64,000 nt of DNA from Nemertoderma westbladi (Eukaryota > Animalia > Xenacoelomorpha): NCBI GenBank assembly GCA_032718475.1, contig JAUCBJ010007300.1, positions 62,001-126,000 on the forward strand. Direction: 5' to 3'. This document shows positions 63,301 through 64,000 of this stretch, one piece after another. The translations under genes and the position numbers were made by a program. Every line of letters starts with the position of its first letter. Position 1 is the stretch's first letter. The notes below the pieces were generated by a model. That model made no database searches. It was given only the letters and a program-made list of their open reading frames with translations, and was not told where the DNA came from.

Positions 63301-63655
63301 CCCTCATTAGCACCAGCAGCTGGTGAATACTTTTACAGTCCTAACGGTCTTCTAATAATACACTAAACTTATTGAAAGGTCAATAATTATGTGCGTTTTC
63401 TATTTTTCATTTACTCTTAAAGGTCATTTATGTAATATACGTTATTGATGTAATACATTATTATGAGTGTAACTTGAACGAAGTGGTGGACAGTCGCCTG
63501 AAGCTAGAGAGCTTCTTTCGCCGCGCCGCGGTGCGCAAGCACCGCCAGCTAGTTATATTTCTTTCACAAATTATTGTTTAGGGATTTGGAAATTTTTTGT
63601 GGTACTGTCGTCGACTGCTACCGGAGAAAACTTATAATGCCCCAAGTGGACAAAT
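24185..63655 (+). CDS. Multi-exon polycystin-1/REJ-family (PKD1-like) receptor gene, extracellular part; continues beyond the window
   Basis: Phase-compatible AG/GT exons: 24185-24314, 25971-26152, 26530-26647, 27144-27336, 27693-27868, 28413-28628, 36240-36389, 38021-38187, 38590-38747, 39321-39559, 40550-40733, 45942-46105, 46452-46632, 49385-49508, 50929-51109, 51837-51998, 52327-52522, 53849-54063, 55786-55897, 62184-62310, 62600-62750, 63582-63655. Motifs: WSC-like Cys spacing; PKD-like YTFPQRGVYKIVATGFN and GSYIITMVAYNHVS; REJ-like CNYPQI, LTIPERQLDYGLYRFEFNV, SVDPD, FLWYCRR. Confidence 0.82.
25275..25855 (+). mobile_element. Degenerate RTE 3' fragment with (TAG)n tail
   Basis: Matches 12290-12789 with indels; ends gccgatcgtagtagtag. 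Confidence 0.88.
28413..28628 (+). CDS. Host exon, Cys-rich
   Basis: ttttcag|VFKPTCLDGIDKC...SCDDPPTITPTSYIR|gtttgt; 216 nt, phase 0/0. Confidence 0.75.
29679..32177 (-). mobile_element. IS3EU-like DNA transposon with long foldback TIRs, nested in the Gypsy integrase
   Basis: TATGGCGTCTCTTTAGGGTCAATATTCAGTG TIRs; 6-bp TSD GGTGAG; inverted 21-bp arrays at about 29789-30782 and 31650-32052. Confidence 0.85.
30761..31489 (-). pseudogene. Truncated HTH + integrase-core transposase (IS3EU-like)
   Basis: HTH WTDISKMLGVSRSTITRR; ISDDDL; RRREYYVKAANSLWHVD, breaking at the first catalytic Asp into the repeat array. Confidence 0.8.
32218..34193 (-). pseudogene. Gypsy pol (RT, RNase H, integrase), frameshifted; integrase tail at about 29267-29678
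   Basis: VRICGDYK, LPFG, YIDE (degenerate YIDD), YSQLDREGLAI, HHCC zinc finger, HID, TDNGPQF, SNGAAE. Confidence 0.92.
34245..35810 (-). CDS. Gypsy gag (two CCHC knuckles) + degenerate protease
   Basis: LRNISRNCEF..LDDRLREQLIAG; CYRCGKQGHKSNHC; CSFCNIKGHVEKAC; FNPGA replaces DTGA. Confidence 0.9.
   Translation of the reverse strand: MANAPAMGTKFTNICKAFNPDSDRWDTYLLMFNTILRTTTWRRADGNLMEPNEILQAETNMFIANCGLQTLDLLSDLMFPADISKERFENLEKSLTKYFRKGKSKEVERKRFIQATQTLGENITDFAKRLRNISRNCEFQEALDDRLREQLIAGVRDEHVAAELIHAKDISFSEALVTAKNYEEAYKVAQSGRKPEFDTFRVTTQSSGFPKDKYRHTKVRSPSYKPYKSTENYNQYSITCYRCGKQGHKSNHCRLNPNIVCSFCNIKGHVEKACIKKQKTKSVRFQDKKPTSHAVDIDNVMGDNNEGNNDNIYLQSTEISDPHTIDKVQLPKVDSIVLQRRINEIPLTMEFNPGAKHSVISYEIYKNKFSNEQLHECTSKLRGFCKGIAEIRGVIYVTVKIENAPELIAMPLIVAENCEHIPLFGLYWIKRMKLMGCSIDDMIEQDITKVHQVINSEGYDKRLQSLLEEYRDVLTGSGCYKGQETCICLKDENTIPKFLQARTVPQAFKEKVIAQLKHNIA
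36655..37460 (-). mobile_element. Old rearranged RTE RT fragments
   Basis: YLTDLDFAND, FCYLGSW; partial internal duplication. Confidence 0.85.
39321..39559 (+). CDS. Host exon, PKD-like domain
   Basis: cag|...gaa|gtaagt; YTYTFPQRGVYKIVATGFNKVT. Confidence 0.8.
41078..42950 (+). mobile_element. piggyBac-family transposon with a frameshifted PGBD4-like transposase (about 41514-42950)
   Basis: TTAA|CCCCTTGCAGCCC left end; MSRNRF, SLDESLLLFKGRLHFKQFI, LDNRY, GTIRENRG, YNHKMGGLD; right TIR not found. Confidence 0.88.
43190..44220. repeat. 111-bp tandem repeat (alternating 222-bp dimer)
   Basis: Repeating aaacttgatgtacttttag...acgaacttgagacac; minus frame open for 355 codons. Confidence 0.9.
44340..45870 (-). 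mobile_element. CRE-like (RLE-type) non-LTR retrotransposon RT fragment, degenerate
   Basis: GGIRPITIG, QVGIG, VDFSNAFNSL, GVQQGNPEGP, LDDG, LGAPIG. Confidence 0.8.
47126..48972. mobile_element. Non-autonomous TIR element containing the CRE-like fragment
   Basis: GGTCAATGCCAACCATATTGACCAA at about 47127 is inverted at 48947-48971. Confidence 0.7.
47360..47778 (-). mobile_element. CRE-like restriction-like endonuclease C-terminal fragment
   Basis: RVDGVTPVPWNRGRFLTWDATVAD..APSH...AETLKIRKY...YETLG; GC-rich island. Confidence 0.78.
49518..50390 (-). mobile_element. Rearranged inverted copy of the TTAA element at 60530-62099
   Basis: TTAA-CACTATTAAATCCGGGG end; segments are reverse complements of 61975-62099, 60555-60995 and 61150-61390. 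Confidence 0.75.
52701..53067. mobile_element. PIF/Harbinger-like MITE
   Basis: TTA|AGCCCG..CAGATGCA.TTCA.GGTGACAG ... CTGTCACC.TGAA.TGTATCTG..CGGGCT|TTA; 3-bp TTA TSD. Confidence 0.65.
53849..54063 (+). CDS. Host exon, last PKD-like strand and start of REJ
   Basis: GSYIITMVAYNHVS...IVCNYPQI; ccag| and |gtgagt. Confidence 0.82.
54127..55701. mobile_element. Foldback MITE with inverted 15/17-bp tandem arrays
   Basis: GGGT...ACCC ends; (AAAAATATCGAGTGTTG / AAAAATATCGAGAGT)n and its reverse complement; flanking duplication (C)TGAAAT(G), 6-8 bp. Confidence 0.85.
56368..56572 (+). mobile_element. Short RTE fragment
   Basis: EDLRIRK..AW..IWKSHRIKRNFKVRLFRAAV. Confidence 0.85.
56593..57702 (-). 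mobile_element. 5'-truncated RTE LINE with (TAG)n tail
   Basis: ctactactacta at 56593; reverse complement of about 11680-12789. Confidence 0.93.
57992..59065. mobile_element. Mutator-like MITE with GGACAATTCGGTCCC repeats
   Basis: 9-bp TSD GACACAAAA at 57983-57991 and 59066-59074; GGA...TCC termini. Confidence 0.85.
60530..62099. mobile_element. Non-autonomous piggyBac-like element
   Basis: TTAA|CCCTATTAGTACCGGG ... CCCGGGTTTAATAGGG|TTAA; internal degenerate ~120-bp repeats (aaatacaagtttga). Confidence 0.8.
62184..62750 (+). CDS. Host REJ-domain exons 62184-62310 and 62600-62750
   Basis: LTIPERQLDYGLYRFEFNVRM and HYSVDPD; canonical splice sites and compatible phases. Confidence 0.85.
63528..63552 (+). 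mobile_element. Helitron-type 3' terminus
   Basis: GC-rich hairpin GCGGTGC-GCAA-GCACCGC followed by CTAG|T; 5' end not identified. Confidence 0.6.
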
Positions 63656-64000
63656 GTGAGTCTAATATATGTTTAATATAATGTTAAGCCTATAATAAAT
63701 TGAAGCAAATTATCATTTACGGGTTTTTATAGGGGTGTACTCCCTGTACATATACTAAGTTCAAAATAGTCTAAAATAGATGTGTATTATTGTTTATTGC
63801 ATAGTTGTGTATGCTCAATAAATGCGATATAGTAATGGAAGAAAAAATATATTTTGCAAATTATCATTTTAACCAGTATAGTATTAAGTATATGAGGAAA
63901 ACATATATTATTGTAAATTCCTTTAGTGGTGCTCATATAAGTTATTTTTAGAGTAATAAATAATTAAGTTATAATACGATACTTAGTTTAATAAGTTATA

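Overview
AT-rich eukaryotic (invertebrate-animal-like) genomic DNA; no rRNA, tRNA or CRISPR features were found. The backbone is a multi-exon + strand polycystin-1/REJ-family gene (WSC-like, PKD-like and REJ motifs). I reconstructed its exons by hand from 24185 to beyond 63655, with a possible extra exon at 2225. Its introns are packed with transposons: several RTE-clade LINE copies, including a full-length one inserted into another copy with a ~86-bp target-site duplication (TSD); a Mag-like Gypsy with a nested IS3EU-like foldback element; piggyBac and CRE-type remnants; MITEs; and a 44-bp satellite. The standout is an 11-kb BEL/Pao LTR element (13036-23990, minus strand). It has lost RT, RNase H and the integrase core through an in-frame deletion. 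It carries a DEDDy (WRN/EXD-like) exonuclease + zinc-knuckle cargo ORF with one in-frame TGA, six predicted kink-turn/UUCG hairpins per LTR, and three covarying stem-loops upstream of the cargo. Family assignments come from motif recognition only; no database searches were run.
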